Counted from the whole stretch's first letter, positions 23,312-35,643 are shown. The stretch is 63,657 nt of DNA, filler included, from Vannella sp. (GCA_023345925.1; 8 parts of 8 records of this genome joined end to end with filler, not necessarily neighbours in it), one strand, 5' to 3'. Numbers and translations are program-made. Notes: generated by a model from the sequence alone, not told the origin.

Positions 23312-26169
23312 ATGGCGCATCGGCCGGTTATTACCAATCCTTTCGCCCACAATGCGGCTGCGCCTTCTACAGGGGAAACGCCTGCGTATGGAGTGGTTCC
23401 CCCGGGTGTGGCTCCGGTAGCTCCCCAGTACGAGGTTCCTGCCGCTGGTTCAGGGGCAAAGTATGAGCCTCCCCCTCCTGCAGGGGCGCTAGGTGGATCT
23501 GCTGCAGGTCAAATGGGACAAAGCTCTTCTTCTATGGGTTACGGTACCCCAGGAGCCTTCCGCCCGACCCCAGTGGGCCCCAAATACGGAGCACCTCCAC
23601 CCCCTGGTCAATCAGCTCCTCCTTCGCCAGTTCCGCTTGGCTATAGCCCCACAAACAGCCCTTATCCCTCCTCTCCTATCAGTGGCGCTCCTCAAGCACA
23701 ACCAGGGCCTGGAAGCTACGGCGCAGCTCCAGCGCAGGAAACCAAGCTAACACCAGAGGAGAGAGCCCTGAAGTTCCCATCTCCAGTAGAACTGATTGCT
23801 AACCAAAGCAGTGAAGCAACCCGGTTCAACACGGACCTTCACCAGCTCCCCCCTCCAGCTGCCTCTCGCTTCATCGTCACCGACCAGGGCAACTGCGGCC
23901 CCCGCTACATCCGCTCCTCCCTCTATACCATACCCACTACAGGAGAGCTCGCTAAGAAGTCTGCCTTGCCCATGGGGCTGGTCATCCAACCTCTGGCGGA
24001 CCCTGCTGTGGGTGAAGAGGCCGTGTCCGTGGTCGATGCAGGCTCGGAAGGCCCTCTGCGATGTGACAGATGCAGAGGGTACATGTGTTCTCTGCATACG
24101 TTCACAAACGGAGGGCGCAGCTACGTTTGCTTCCTCTGTGGGCACACGAACACCGTGCCCGATCACTACTTCTCTCCTTTAGCTGCGAATGGCTGCCGCA
24201 TGGACTACCTCCACCGCCCAGAGCTATCTCGTGGGTCTGTTGAGTACGTAGCCTCGGGAGAGTACGCCGCCAAGACGCCACGCCCTTTGGACTTCCTCTT
24301 TGTGGTAGAAACCTCAGCAGCTGCCATTGAGCAAGGCGTGGTGGAGTCCTTTGCAGCTAGCTTGAAGGCCATCATCGGAGCTCTTCCTGAAGACAACGTG
24401 AACCGCTTTGGCGTGATCACGTACGACTCTTCCGTGCAGTTCTACAATCTTCACTGCTCGTTGAGCAAGCCCCGCGTGCTGGTTGTCTCTGATTTGGATG
24501 AGCCTGAACTGCCATTGTCACCAGGAGATAGCCTTCTCGTCAACCCCAAAGCCGGCTCTTCTGCGTTTGACTTCCTTTTGGACAATCTTGTGACATTCAC
24601 TGCCGGTTCCCACGATATTGGGAACGCTCTGGGGGTTGCTTTGGAGATGGCAGGGTCTTTGTTGGAAGGGAATGGCGGAAAGCTGATCTGTTTGCAGTCG
24701 TCTTTGCCGAATATCATGCCGGGGAAACTCACTTCGCGCCTGAAGGCAGAACACGTCGGAACTGATCGTGAGCGAGAGTTTTACAAGCCAGAGACTGCGT
24801 TCTATGAGTTACAGGCTGAGAGACTTGCTAAGAAGAAGATTGGAGTCGACTTTTTCGTTTTCGCTCAAACTTATGTTGACTTGGCCACAACTGTGCCTTT
24901 GTGCAACATCACCGGAGGCCAACTGTTTTATTTCCCTCGCTTTAACATGCATCGGGACCGGCTCAAGTTCCACCACGAGCTTTACCGTGTGTTGACCAGA
25001 ACAACAGGTTACGATGGTGTCATGTTGACGCGCGTCAGCACTGGACTCGCAGTTACAAGCCAGACAGGTAATTTCATGCTGATGTATGGCACAGACATGG
25101 AGACAGCCAATATCGACTGCGACAAAACGTTTGTCGTTCACCTTCGCAATGAAGGGAAGATTCCCGATAACTCAACAGTTGGAGTGCAGTGTGCCCTATT
25201 GTACACAACCAGCAAAGGACAAAGACGCATCCGTGTGCATTCATTGCGCCTCAACACAAGCGGAGTTATGGCAAATGTCTTCCTGGGGTCAGATCTTGAA
25301 ACTGTCACATATCTTATTACTGACCGGACCATCCGCGCTGCTGAAAAGACAGCTATTATGGACCTCCGCCGCAAGGCACTGGACGAGGTTATTCAAATGG
25401 TCTACGCGTTCCGTTGCCATTGCTCGACAAAAGCCTTCAACCCTTCTATTCTTGTCATCCCAGAGAATCTTAAGCTGCTCCCTCTCTACATCGTCTGCCT
25501 CATGAAGAGCGTCCTCTTGAAGAATGGCCGGGTCAGGTGAGCTCTACCGGCCTTCACCATCCTTTCACTGACTCTCTTGAATAAGTGTGGACTTCCGCGT
25601 TTACTCACGCGCACTCTTATCTTCCATGTCAGTGGGAGATTTGACCATCTCCTTGTACCCTCGCATGTTCGCTCTGCATGAAATGCCAGAAAGTGCAGGG
25701 CTCACAGCATCAGATGGATCTATCATTCTGCCTCCTTGGGTGCGCCTGTTGAACCAGGTAAGAACAAATTTGTCGGATTTAGAGAACTTTTAGTAACATT
25801 TATCAGTCTCTCGCCTCAAACGGATGCTACTTGCTCGATAATGGCCAACGAATGTTCCTATGGGTCGGCAAAGAAGTGAATTCCGAGTTCCTCCGTCGAG
25901 TATTCGATGCAGAAAGCAGTGAGAGTGACTTGAGCTTCACTTTGGCTGATGATCCTTTGGCCAATCGAATCAAGGCCATCATCTCTGCTGTTCAGTTGGC
26001 TCATTCTTCCTACAAACTGTTGATTACCGTCAAGCAGGGGGGCGAGAACGAGTTAATGTTCGTTCAAATGATGTTTGAAGAGCGCGTGGAAGAGACAATG
26101 TCGCATGCTGACGTCCTTTCTTTGGTCCACCGTGAAGTTTCCGCCAAACTGGGCAAATCCCTCCAATAA
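23312..26169 (+). CDS. SEC24: COPII coat subunit Sec24 (C/D-like)
   Basis: Pro-rich N-terminus, DQGNCGPRYIR, zinc finger RCDRCRGYM..CFLC, RPELSRGSVEY, vWA trunk, QCALLYT..GQRRIRVH and a gelsolin-like end. Confidence 0.95.
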
Positions 26170-26399
26170 TCACTCTTATTATCATATTCACGATCACTTT
26201 CACTTTTTTTGTACACCAGGCTGCATTCCTCATGAGCCACCATGATTTTGCTAATCTGTAGGATTTTGCCATTGATAGCCATGCTTTAGAAACCACCAGG
26301 TAAACTTTAACAAACCATTGATTGGTCGATTCCAAGAATATTCTGGAGCGTAATCGGTGAGCCATCGTTCATTGGAGAACGATTTGGTCTCATTCTTTC

Positions 26400-26882
26400 A
26401 TGGCTGTCCCTGTGTTGGAGATTACCTCGCCGTATCCGACCAGGACCATACGGTTCCCAGTTTGTTCAAGACTGGCCTTCATTGCGGAGCAGGTATTCTT
26501 TCTGTTAGCGATCAGCTTGTTGATGGGTTTGGCGTTCTTTCTGGGCGCCTTTGGGGCGGGTATCCTCTGCCTTCTTGTCATTCTGATGGCAATTCCATTC
26601 TTCCTCATCAAGACGGTACGCTACATGGAACTAGATCTCGTCCAAGGGAGGCTGAACATCATCACCTACGGGTTCTGCACGTGGAGAGTCCCGCTCTCTT
26701 CTATCAAGGAAGTTCGCATTTCTCACTATTCCGATCGCATTTGGAGCTGGGAGTTGGCAACCAGTTTCACTCCACGAGTGACTATAGTGAGGCACAACTG
26801 GTTCAACATCCTCGTGTGCCCTGTGGACCAAAACATGTTCATCACAACCACCCAGCGAGCCATTTCCCGATTTTGTTTTTGA
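26400..26882 (+). CDS. Small 2-TM membrane protein with a possible PH-like beta domain (paralog A)
   Basis: Two hydrophobic helices followed by VRYMELD..WRVPLSSIKEV..ILVCPVDQNMFI. Near-duplicate at 27899. Confidence 0.75.
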   Translation: MAVPVLEITSPYPTRTIRFPVCSRLAFIAEQVFFLLAISLLMGLAFFLGAFGAGILCLLVILMAIPFFLIKTVRYMELDLVQGRLNIITYGFCTWRVPLSSIKEVRISHYSDRIWSWELATSFTPRVTIVRHNWFNILVCPVDQNMFITTTQRAISRFCF

Positions 26883-27309
26883 AGCAAACTGGAAGCTTGA
26901 TTTGATTGATTTGATGTTCATAAACCGCTTGCACTGAGACTCAATGAAGAGCATTGCTGCGTAGCACCAAATGTTGTGAGGTAAGTTGGAACCCGAATTT
27001 CATTGCCTCGCTCCCTCTGAGAGAGTTTATGTCTATGCCAAAGCATTCCTGTGAATGGGAGAGCTTTCCTTCTGAATCTAACTATTACTGATGTTCAGGG
27101 AGCTCCCCCAGCCCCCTCACTGTTAGCTATGTTTGTCTTCTGATGTTTTCAGCATCAAAAGTTGCGTTGGTACGGCTTCTTACTGCTGGGCAACAGCCAT
27201 CCCTGTTGCAAATCGCCGGTGATTGCCTGTCTTTGTTCATTTTTTCAAGATTTTACCCTCTGCATTGTTCATTCCCCGTCCGAATGAGGCGGCGACCTGC
27301 GCAACCTTG

Positions 27310-27379
27310 ACCTTCAATAAAAGGCCCCAAAATCGATTTTGAGTGGTTGGAATCGGATTTTTATATGGTTTTCGGGTTT
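27310..27379. repeat. Dispersed ~70-bp element, copy 1
   Basis: ACCTTC..GGCYCCAAAATCGAT..TGGTTGGAATCGGAT.TTATATG.TTTT is shared with 52448-52513. Confidence 0.75.
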
Positions 27380-27898
27380 GATGGTTGATCGGATTGCTTC
27401 CCCGATCTCAATGACTGCGCTTCCTCTCATTGGAGATCGGGTTAGTTCCCCGATCTGTGTTTTTGGGATTTAAGCTGATTTTTGGGAGTAGAGGTCATTC
27501 TTTCCACAGGGTGATTCCGCGCTATGCGTACGGGATCCTTTTTTTCACTTACCAAGCCGTGATGGCGTACCCAGTTGAAGAAATAGAGCAACCCATCAGT
27601 CTCAACATCGAGCCAGCAGCCACTTTTGAAGAGGGCTCCGCATTTCCAGACGCTCTACCACCAGACGATGCCTTGAGTGCATCTGTTGGACATGGTAGCC
27701 GCTTCCCCCCAAGAGGCCGACCGAAGAGCCAGTGAAATACCAGACATCCTAACACCACTTTTTAAAGTCCATAGTTGCCTTTGTTAAAATAAAGTTGGTC
27801 ATTAATCAAACCAAGAAACTTCCAAATCCTTTTTCGAAGAAAAACAGGAAACTTCCATTCTGTCGGGGCGTACCTTTCGGCGACTTTCTCATTTCTTC

Positions 27899-28360
27899 AT
27901 GACCGCGCCATCTTCGCCAACCACAATCCGGTTCCCGGTGAGTCCGAGACCATTCTTCATTCTGATGCAGGTGTTCTTTCTGGTAGTTGCTGGCTTCTTG
28001 ACGGGTTTGGTGTTCTTTCTGGGCGCGTTTGGTGCCGGCATCTTCTGTGTTCTTGTCATCGTGTTCGCGATTCCTCTCTTCCTCGTCAAGTTAGTGCGCT
28101 ACATCGAGCTAGATCTCGTCCACGGGACGCTGAACATGCCCACGTATGGGTTCTACACGTGGAGAGTCCCGCTCTCTTCTATCAGAGAGGTCCGCATTTC
28201 CGACTATTCCGATCGCTTTCTGAGCTGGAAACTGGCTTCCCCTTACACCTCACGTGTGACCATCGTGCGTCACAATCGTTTAAACATCCTCGTGTCTCCT
28301 GTGGACCAAAGCATGTTCATCACAACCATCCGCCGAGCCATTTCACCCGATTTCGTTTAA
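27899..28360 (+). CDS. Small 2-TM membrane protein (paralog B of 26400-26882)
   Basis: Aligns colinearly with paralog A (FFLGAFGAGI, WRVPLSSI, RVTIVRHN, PVDQ.MFIT). Confidence 0.75.
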   Translation: MTAPSSPTTIRFPVSPRPFFILMQVFFLVVAGFLTGLVFFLGAFGAGIFCVLVIVFAIPLFLVKLVRYIELDLVHGTLNMPTYGFYTWRVPLSSIREVRISDYSDRFLSWKLASPYTSRVTIVRHNRLNILVSPVDQSMFITTIRRAISPDFV

Positions 28361-28939
28361 AGATTCCAAACCAACCACTTGGTTTGCTTTAAAGGGGTTC
28401 ATTAAGCCCTCCCACAGAGGAAACCTAAAAGGCCATCACCAAGTCTCGAAGCTGAGGTTGACTGGACTCCATTCCGCTCCAATCCAATCCCAAGTCACCG
28501 CGTTCCGAGATCCCAAAAAGCTCCCAGAGTAGGTGTATCGAGGTGAAGGGGGAAAGAAAGGAAATAGACACTAGATTCCTTTCAGATGCAATTCCCAGCA
28601 CCCTTCTGTTGATGGGAAACGATGCACAAAAGCCGTGCCAATTCGGTTCTTCTGTATCAGATCCTAAGAAAGAGGAAGCCAACCAGGATTGGAACTTGAC
28701 AAAACGTTGAGACAGCTTTATGGAAGTGAGAACTTTCGGTTGCTCCCATGAGATGAAAGATCTGGTCCTTTTTCTCCTTTCCTTGTCCAATGGATCGGTT
28801 GTTGCGGCGCATTCGTTCTGGTCATGAGGCGTTTCGTTTCGTTTTCGACCTTGATTGATTGAAAGAGTCTGAGTCACTCGACAGCCAGACTTCACTTCCT
28901 CCACTTCATGCGGCACAGTGGAAAAGAATGCAGCAAGTT

Positions 28940-29039
28940 NNNNNNNNNNNNNNNNNNNNNNNNNNNNNNNNNNNNNNNNNNNNTTAATTAATTAANNNNN
29001 NNNNNNNNNNNNNNNNNNNNNNNNNNNNNNNNNNNNNNN
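28940..29039. other. Artificial contig linker
   Basis: 44 N + TTAATTAATTAA + 44 N. Confidence 0.99.
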
Positions 29040-30191
29040 AAGCGGTAGGTTGTCGTTTCCTCCTTCGGCGTATTCCGCTCATAGACCTGATCACAAGGCT
29101 TCATCATCATCGGTGTGTTCCACACCCTCATACACTGGCTCCCAGCCACCGAACTACCCTCCCATCTGATCTGGGCAAGTGCGGGGATCCCTTTCGGTTG
29201 GATTCTGGGGACTGGCTTGGCCTGGGCAGGATCCTCCTTCTTTGATTCATGGCGCTACACACCAGTTGTCCTTGCTGTAATGTCTGCAGGCATGTCCATA
29301 GTGTGGTGGAGGCTCACGTCTTACCCCCAAGACAGTAATGTTGTTTCCAAGAATGAAGTCTCCCTCATTCACGCCACACACTTCAAAGTCAACCGAAAAG
29401 GTATGTGGGGTGTATCATTATGATATGGCTACTCATTAGGCCCAGATATTGCCCGGAATTGGTTCTCAATGTTGGATAACACGGAGACACTTCAGTTTTG
29501 CATCAGTGCCTTCGGCTATGGCTACATCCTCTACTCTTGGTTCTCCTTCCACTCGATTTACTATCTGGAGTTACACTCTCTTCAGTCTTCCGTGGCGGAG
29601 CTACCAAAGAGTGTGTTCTCTCCATGGATGGGATGGATTGTTGGGTCAGTGTTGCTGGGTACTGCCGTCTTTCCCGACCTCTCTCGAAGGATCCCGTATC
29701 AAAGAATCCAAGTTATGATCAGTTCCAGTGACGGATTGATCGTACAAGCGGTCTTATTAGTGATTGTGGCAGTGCTGTTGAGGAGGATGCCAAGTTTTCC
29801 TGAAGTTTCTGAGTTGCTTTGGAGCTTGACGCCAGTCTACTTTCTACTTTCTATCTCATTTTCGATTTTCATTGTATCTCACATGCACTGCCGCCACTCG
29901 TAAGTATCTTGATAAGGACTTGGGGTTATTTGAAGCCTGACTCGCCGGGCGATTAGTGAACCAGAGATTCTCTTTGCCATGTCATTGCTTTGTTTGGCTG
30001 CTGGAGGAATTATCTCTCAGACACTACAAGGCCTTATCTTGGAAATGGCTGGGGCGTGGAGTATTGCCTTCCGATACCAATCTAACATTCTCCTTTTCAC
30101 CAGTGTCGTATCTCATCTTCTTCCTTGGTTAGCCCAGTTCCGTCGTCACTCAGAGAATAGTTCTCGCCCACAAAACGAACTCTACGTTTGA
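29040..30191 (+). CDS. Divergent MFS transporter (ACS/SLC17-like), 5'-truncated
   Basis: Multiple TM helices, with HWLPATE..AGIPFG..SWRY..WW..YPQDS..VSKNE resembling the ACS-family TM4-6 loop. Introns present. Confidence 0.55.
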
Positions 30192-30378
30192 CTTTCCCCA
30201 AGCATTCCAGTGAATTGAATGAAAATCTCTTCACTGTTTTTTTTCTTAATCCGATAGCTTTGATCTCTTCGGTCTCCTGGTTCGTTTCAGTTTGATCTTT
30301 CTTCTCTCCAATCGACTTCAGCTTTGCGAGAATCTCTTGTTCTTTCACGGCGAGGCATCAGCTCTTCTTTTCCGTGAT

Positions 30379-30627
30379 AATGTCACGGAGGACGAGGTCC
30401 TTACCGAGGTATTACAGGTGCAATTCAAGTTTCCAAAAATGAGGCCAGTTTACCTTTCTCATGAAAGAAGATCCTCTTCCAAAAAATGATGTGCTCTGAA
30501 ACCATAATTGAGTCGAATTATCGAGGCATCAACATCACATTGGAGCATCTCTCTCAGTGGAGAAAGGTAAACCGCTCTCCTTTTTGGAAACTTGAATTGC
30601 ACCTGTAATAATGTCTTCCGTGAAAAT
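30379..30627. repeat. Long imperfect inverted repeat / fold-back hairpin (candidate miRNA/hpRNA precursor or MITE)
   Basis: 30410-30439 is the exact reverse complement of 30581-30610 (30 bp). 30448-30460 pairs with 30560-30572. Weaker pairing runs in to the apical ATAATT-GAGTCG-AATTAT. Confidence 0.9.
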
Positions 30628-30723
30628 CCCAAGTCTAGAAGACCAAGAAGCCATCCTCTTCCTGTGGGGACTGTGCCTTGTATAACAGAACATTATACGA
30701 TAAAGGAGAACAAAAAACATCTG

Positions 30724-32517
30724 TTAGAAGAGTATCACAGCCAGCAAAGCCACTGCAATGGAAAGGAGTGCCAAGTGAGTTCCGCTGTCGGACTGAATTC
30801 GGGAGATTGGGTTCGGTCTGGGCACTAGGACTGGGACTGGAACGGGCACGGGAACTGGATTGAATACCGGGTTGAGCACGGGAACGGGAACCGGGTTGGG
30901 AACCGGGTTGGGCACAGGATTGTTGACGGGAACGGGAACAAAGTTCGGAACAGGCACGGGGACGGGCACGGGGACCGGAACACTCACATCAACAGGGACT
31001 GGATTGGGCACAGGCACGGGATTGGGGATGGGGACAGGGACGGGAGCATCAATCGGAACAAGAACAGTCACCAAAACTATCGTTGGACCCAGATTATTCG
31101 AAGCAGAAGGACCCGCTGGCACATTGGATGGGGCAGAACTTCGGCTGGAACTTTGTGAAGGAACTTGGCTCATCGAAGACGAAGTCGTTCCACTTTCCGT
31201 GATACTGGAGGATGCAGAGACACTGGGAGGTCTGGAAGTGCTAGGACTTGGCGTGAGAGACACACTCGCACTGACAGAGGGAGAAGCGCTTGAGCTGGAA
31301 GATAAGGAGGAGCTTTTGGAGCTCGAGGATGAGCCCGTGCTACTCAAGGTTCCAAGGGAGGCTAAAAGAGAAGCACCAGCGCTTTGACTGCTGGTAACGG
31401 AGACGGAGCTGGAAGAGGAACCAGAATGGGAGGCAGAATGGGAGGCAGAACAAGTACTTGAAGGAGAGCCAGAAGGAGTACCAGAGGGCGAGCTGGAAGA
31501 GGAACCAGAATGGGAGGCAGAACAAGTACTTGAAGGAGAGTCAGAAGGAGTACCAGAGGGCGAGCTGGAAGAGGAACCAGAAAGGGAGCCAGAAGAAGTA
31601 CTTGAAGGAGAGTCAGAAGGAGTGCCAGAAGGGGTCCCAGAGGGAGAGCTGGAAGAGGAACCAGAAAGGGAGCCAGAAGAAGTACTTGAAGGAGAGCCTG
31701 AAGGAGAGCCAGAAGGGGTCCCAGAGGGCGAGCTAGAAGAAGAGTCTGAAGGAGAGCCAGAAGGCGAACTGGAGGGCGAAGGGGTCTCAGTCGCGGAGGT
31801 AGTCATGGATGGGGTCGCAGTGGGTGTTGTTTCGATTGCGCGGGGACTGGACAAAGAAAGCGAGTAGATAATAGCTTTTCCCTTTCCGCCAAGTGAAGCA
31901 ACCACTCCGGCGAGGACTAGCTTTACTGAAGCAACGGTTTCGAACGAGCAACCGGAAGAGAAGTCTTTGTACAGAACCGTCAAAACAACCTGGCCAGTGC
32001 TGGGAAGTTGCACTGCGGTGGATGAGCACTCCTTTGTCCCGTCACTCACTAGAACAGTGGCGGAGAGAGCTGAACCAGAGATGTCCATGGTGAGGTTAAA
32101 GGACCGCGTAGATTGGGAGAGGAGCGCGTTTTCTTCCAGGAACGCACTCTGGCTGTTGTTAAGGAGTCCAGAGTACACAGCGTTCATTAAGACTAAGGCT
32201 GGACCTTCGTGCTCGAGGGTCAAAGCACCTGACGGAGAGATGTCAGTGGTCAGTGAAGCACTTGATTGACTCGATTCTTCTCCCGATGAGGACAATTGGA
32301 CAGAGACCTGCCTTGCACAGCCAAGCAAAGTGGAGGAGGTATTGACGCATCCAGGGATGTTTGCATCACTAAAGGAGCCCGAGGCAAACATAGATTGAGG
32401 TAGCAAAGTGATCGCAACAGTCTGATTCATTCCTTGAGAAAAGTTGTCGACAAAAGATTGTCCACAAACAGATGCGAGGAGCAAGGGTAGGAGAACAGCA
32501 GCGAACATGCTTGGCAT
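30724..32517 (-). CDS. Mucin-like Ser-rich surface glycoprotein, probably GPI-anchored, intronless
   Basis: Signal peptide, a ~200-aa globular region, SSSPSGTPS repeats, (VP/NP)n repeats and a hydrophobic C-terminus after SDSG. Confidence 0.8.
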   Translation of the reverse strand: MPSMFAAVLLPLLLASVCGQSFVDNFSQGMNQTVAITLLPQSMFASGSFSDANIPGCVNTSSTLLGCARQVSVQLSSSGEESSQSSASLTTDISPSGALTLEHEGPALVLMNAVYSGLLNNSQSAFLEENALLSQSTRSFNLTMDISGSALSATVLVSDGTKECSSTAVQLPSTGQVVLTVLYKDFSSGCSFETVASVKLVLAGVVASLGGKGKAIIYSLSLSSPRAIETTPTATPSMTTSATETPSPSSSPSGSPSDSSSSSPSGTPSGSPSGSPSSTSSGSLSGSSSSSPSGTPSGTPSDSPSSTSSGSLSGSSSSSPSGTPSDSPSSTCSASHSGSSSSSPSGTPSGSPSSTCSASHSASHSGSSSSSVSVTSSQSAGASLLASLGTLSSTGSSSSSKSSSLSSSSSASPSVSASVSLTPSPSTSRPPSVSASSSITESGTTSSSMSQVPSQSSSRSSAPSNVPAGPSASNNLGPTIVLVTVLVPIDAPVPVPIPNPVPVPNPVPVDVSVPVPVPVPVPVPNFVPVPVNNPVPNPVPNPVPVPVLNPVFNPVPVPVPVPVLVPRPNPISRIQSDSGTHLALLSIAVALLAVILF

Positions 32518-33046
32518 CAACGCCAACTAGCAACTGACCATAAATCAATTGTCCGGAGGTTGCAATAACCAGGTCATTATGAAACAATTACTCGTTTTGG
32601 GTTTCCCTCCTCCCGACGATTCTATTATGGGCCCGGCACTCTCTTTATGATGCATCATAACTATAAACCCAGATGGCAGGCAAGGTCAATAGATGGGCCA
32701 ACTTTGAGGACAACAGCCTCGTGTGAGAAGAACGAATGGGAGTTTGGACAACGATTGCGTGGACTGTGTTCCTCCAATGATTTGCTCAAGAGAGGAGGAG
32801 GGAGGGCCTCCCGACAATATCTGTGGCGTGGACAGAAGTATGAGAAAGAATGTTCCTTTGCCCCACTGAATGGCCAATCGTGTGGGACTTTATCTTTAGA
32901 AGAGGATCATTCCTGCCAGCAGAGCCACTAAGATGGACAGGAGTGCCGAGTCACATCAACATGGACTGGATTGGGAACAGATCATCCCCAAGCCTGAAGG
33001 GGAAGGTTCCTAACTCCAAGATTGGGTTTCTGGAATTGGCGGTAGT

Positions 33047-35643
33047 TTATTGTCCTGAAAGGGAGAGGATGCGAATCATGTCCAAGATAGTTTGGTGAGC
33101 TGCAGAAGGTTTGGTTGTGACCGCTACTCTGGCTTGGTATTCAAGAAAGACACTAAAGGACTCGACAATTCGGTGGGAGGGCGGGGGCTGCTGCGTGCTC
33201 ACTATCTGTAAGGTACCCAGCACAGCATCTGTGATAGATTTCGGCATAGCATATCGAGCTATGTCATTGAATTGCTCCCATTCATACTCAGATTTGGCTA
33301 ATTCACCGAGAAGGGCTTGTCTGCAAACTTCTCGAAAAGCTCCGCTGCTTATGAACGACTGATGCAGCTTCTCAGAGTCAAAGGAGGTGTTTGAAAAAAA
33401 TAGAGCGCTCGAGACATGATCAAGCAGAGGCTTCTTGCCGATAAGATCTTCCATTTGGGCAGGAAGGAGGAAAGACTTGTCTTTGTACCAAAGTGGAGCA
33501 TCCTTGATTAATATGTTCAACAGAGCACTGGCACCGGTAGCTCGGTTGATGTTATTCATAATATTGACTCCAAAGATAGCTGTGAGCGTGCACATGACCA
33601 AGTTCTTTGAAGTCATTTTGTTCTTATCACTAAACGAGGCCACCTGGAGGGACACAGTGAGTTAACCAGATGGGAAACGACAGGAAGACTTGCATGATGG
33701 AAGAGTAGGAGTATTTCCTTGAGCACAGCGACGTGGGCACCAGTCATAGTGCTCATGTGGTCATGAATTCGTTCGTATCTGTCTAGAGATATCTTATGCG
33801 TTGCTGCAGGCTATTCATGAGATCAAGAGCTAAGCTATGAGGAGAATCTCTTACCGATTATCTCACAAAAGGCAATCTGGTCTGTGATGGGGATGAGAGG
33901 AGTGGGTAATTGTCTTAGAAAGGTTTTCAAGAGGCCTGCATAGCTGTCTGTGGGTTGACCGTGGATGATATCATCCAATTTGTCAGCGCTAAATGCTTCC
34001 AGCATCTTATCAATCACACCAGATGATCCAGAAGTACGAAAGATGCCTTCTGTAACGCAATGTGCTTTGGAGAAGTCAGTCAAATCCCTCTCAAACATGG
34101 AAGGACTTCGATTACCTTCTATTCGGAGCTTCTCCACTAGAAAAGAGATAATAAACGGAACTTTCTCGCCCTCAAACTGCATGATTTGCTCCAAAGGAAG
34201 CTTTGAAAGAGGAGGAGTCACTAAAAAGTACGTTGACTCTTTGCAGCAGACCACATTACGCGCAGGATGCCCAGAGTCCACTGGCATTGGTTCAGAGAGA
34301 TCTTGGTAACTGTTGCCTGTTCCCAAAGCACCCAATTTCGAAGATCCGCAGGAGAGTGCTTTGCCACTTTCTGTGATAAGGACTATATGAGTGTCGCTAC
34401 TCGACAGTGCGATACAAGGATCACTCTTGTTTGCATACAGGAGGTGAATGGTTGATGTTGTAAGGGATAGATCAGTCCCAACGAGGGAAACAAGCCGAAA
34501 GAAGCCGGCTCCCCATCCAAACACAAGTCCCTCAATCACGACCAGAGTCATCTCTTTGCCCAGGTAGATGACTTCAACCTTGCATCTTCCTGGTTCAAGA
34601 AAGGAGACGAATCGTGGCTCGTAGTCGGCAACCAAGCGGTTCTCAGGCTCCCGAATGCCGTCGCCAGTCTGTATCAGTCCAGATCCAAACACACGCGACT
34701 CCCTGTTGATCTTTTGCTTCTTGCGTATCATCGTTACTTGCTCCTCTGCTGGCTGGTACTCACAAGCGCCAAACACAAACAAATCCTTCCCTTCTGTTAC
34801 GACAGCCGAGTGTGCGTATCCAGCGGCCACGCTGTGGATGCGAGAGCTAGTTTTGAAGTATTCTATCTCTTCTGGATCCTTCAGGAGGAGTGTCTGCCCT
34901 TCCTACGGGTCGTAAGTTGAGGATTAAAGGAGGAAGTTGGCGACTTACGGGACTGGGGAAGCCGAGAGCACCTGTAGAGGACTCTCCCCACGCGTAAACT
35001 CCTTTTCGGTCACTACTCATTGAGGTAGCAAGAAGTAGCGCGTGTGTGTGGCCGATGGCAATCTGATAAACTTGTTTCTTCTCTTGGAGTGGAGGAACGC
35101 TGGGAGGATGATCAGATTGGTGTGCTATCAGATAGTATTGGGAGAATAAGCTACTCACAGTGAGGGACGGAGATGGGAGAAGGTCTCCCCGAGACGTCCC
35201 CACACAAACAGTTCACCTAAGGAGGTTACTGCTGCGGTTGCCGTCGCCCCACACTTAACAGAACATATATCATGATGTTCTCCGTCGAAAGACACCTGGT
35301 TGAAGGGCTCCAGATCGTCCAAGTCCTTCTCATTCGGTGTCCCAAAGCCAAGTTGTCCGAATCTGTTGACACCAGCGCAGTAGACATGCCCTTTACCTAG
35401 TACGAATGAGTAACAACCCTAAACAAAGAGTTATAAGAGCTTACTTGTCAGGACCGCGATGTGGTCCTCACTACTGGAGAAGGAGCGAGGAGGATCACCA
35501 GTTCCGTCTACTGGCGGTGGGAGGGACGCTAAGCGAGGTCCTTGAATCGAGAGCTCTCCATGCGCTCCAGCACCGACAAACACCAAAGCCATCCTACGAG
35601 GAGTGGCGAAGCCCAACAAGTCCCCGTTCTCCTCGGTCCCCAT
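33047..35643 (-). CDS. RCC1-repeat + RhoGAP domain protein (multi-exon; both ends approximate)
   Basis: RCC1 units IAIGHTHALLL..YAWGES..GALG and AAGYAHSAVV. RhoGAP motifs VPFII..EGIFRTSG..AGLLKTFLRQLPTPLI..NKMTSKNL. Confidence 0.82.

Noticed and set aside
27562..27735. 57-aa ATG-initiated ORF between the duplicated TM genes
   Set aside because: No motif, intron or homologue in the window to support coding status.
28425..28939. 163-aa minus-strand ORF at the contig end
   Set aside because: No recognisable motif. It could be a truncated gene end but cannot be supported.
30860..31867. Plus-strand ORFs with GT and EG repeats
   Set aside because: Antisense shadows of the minus-strand mucin-like gene, which has the signal peptide and hydrophobic tail.
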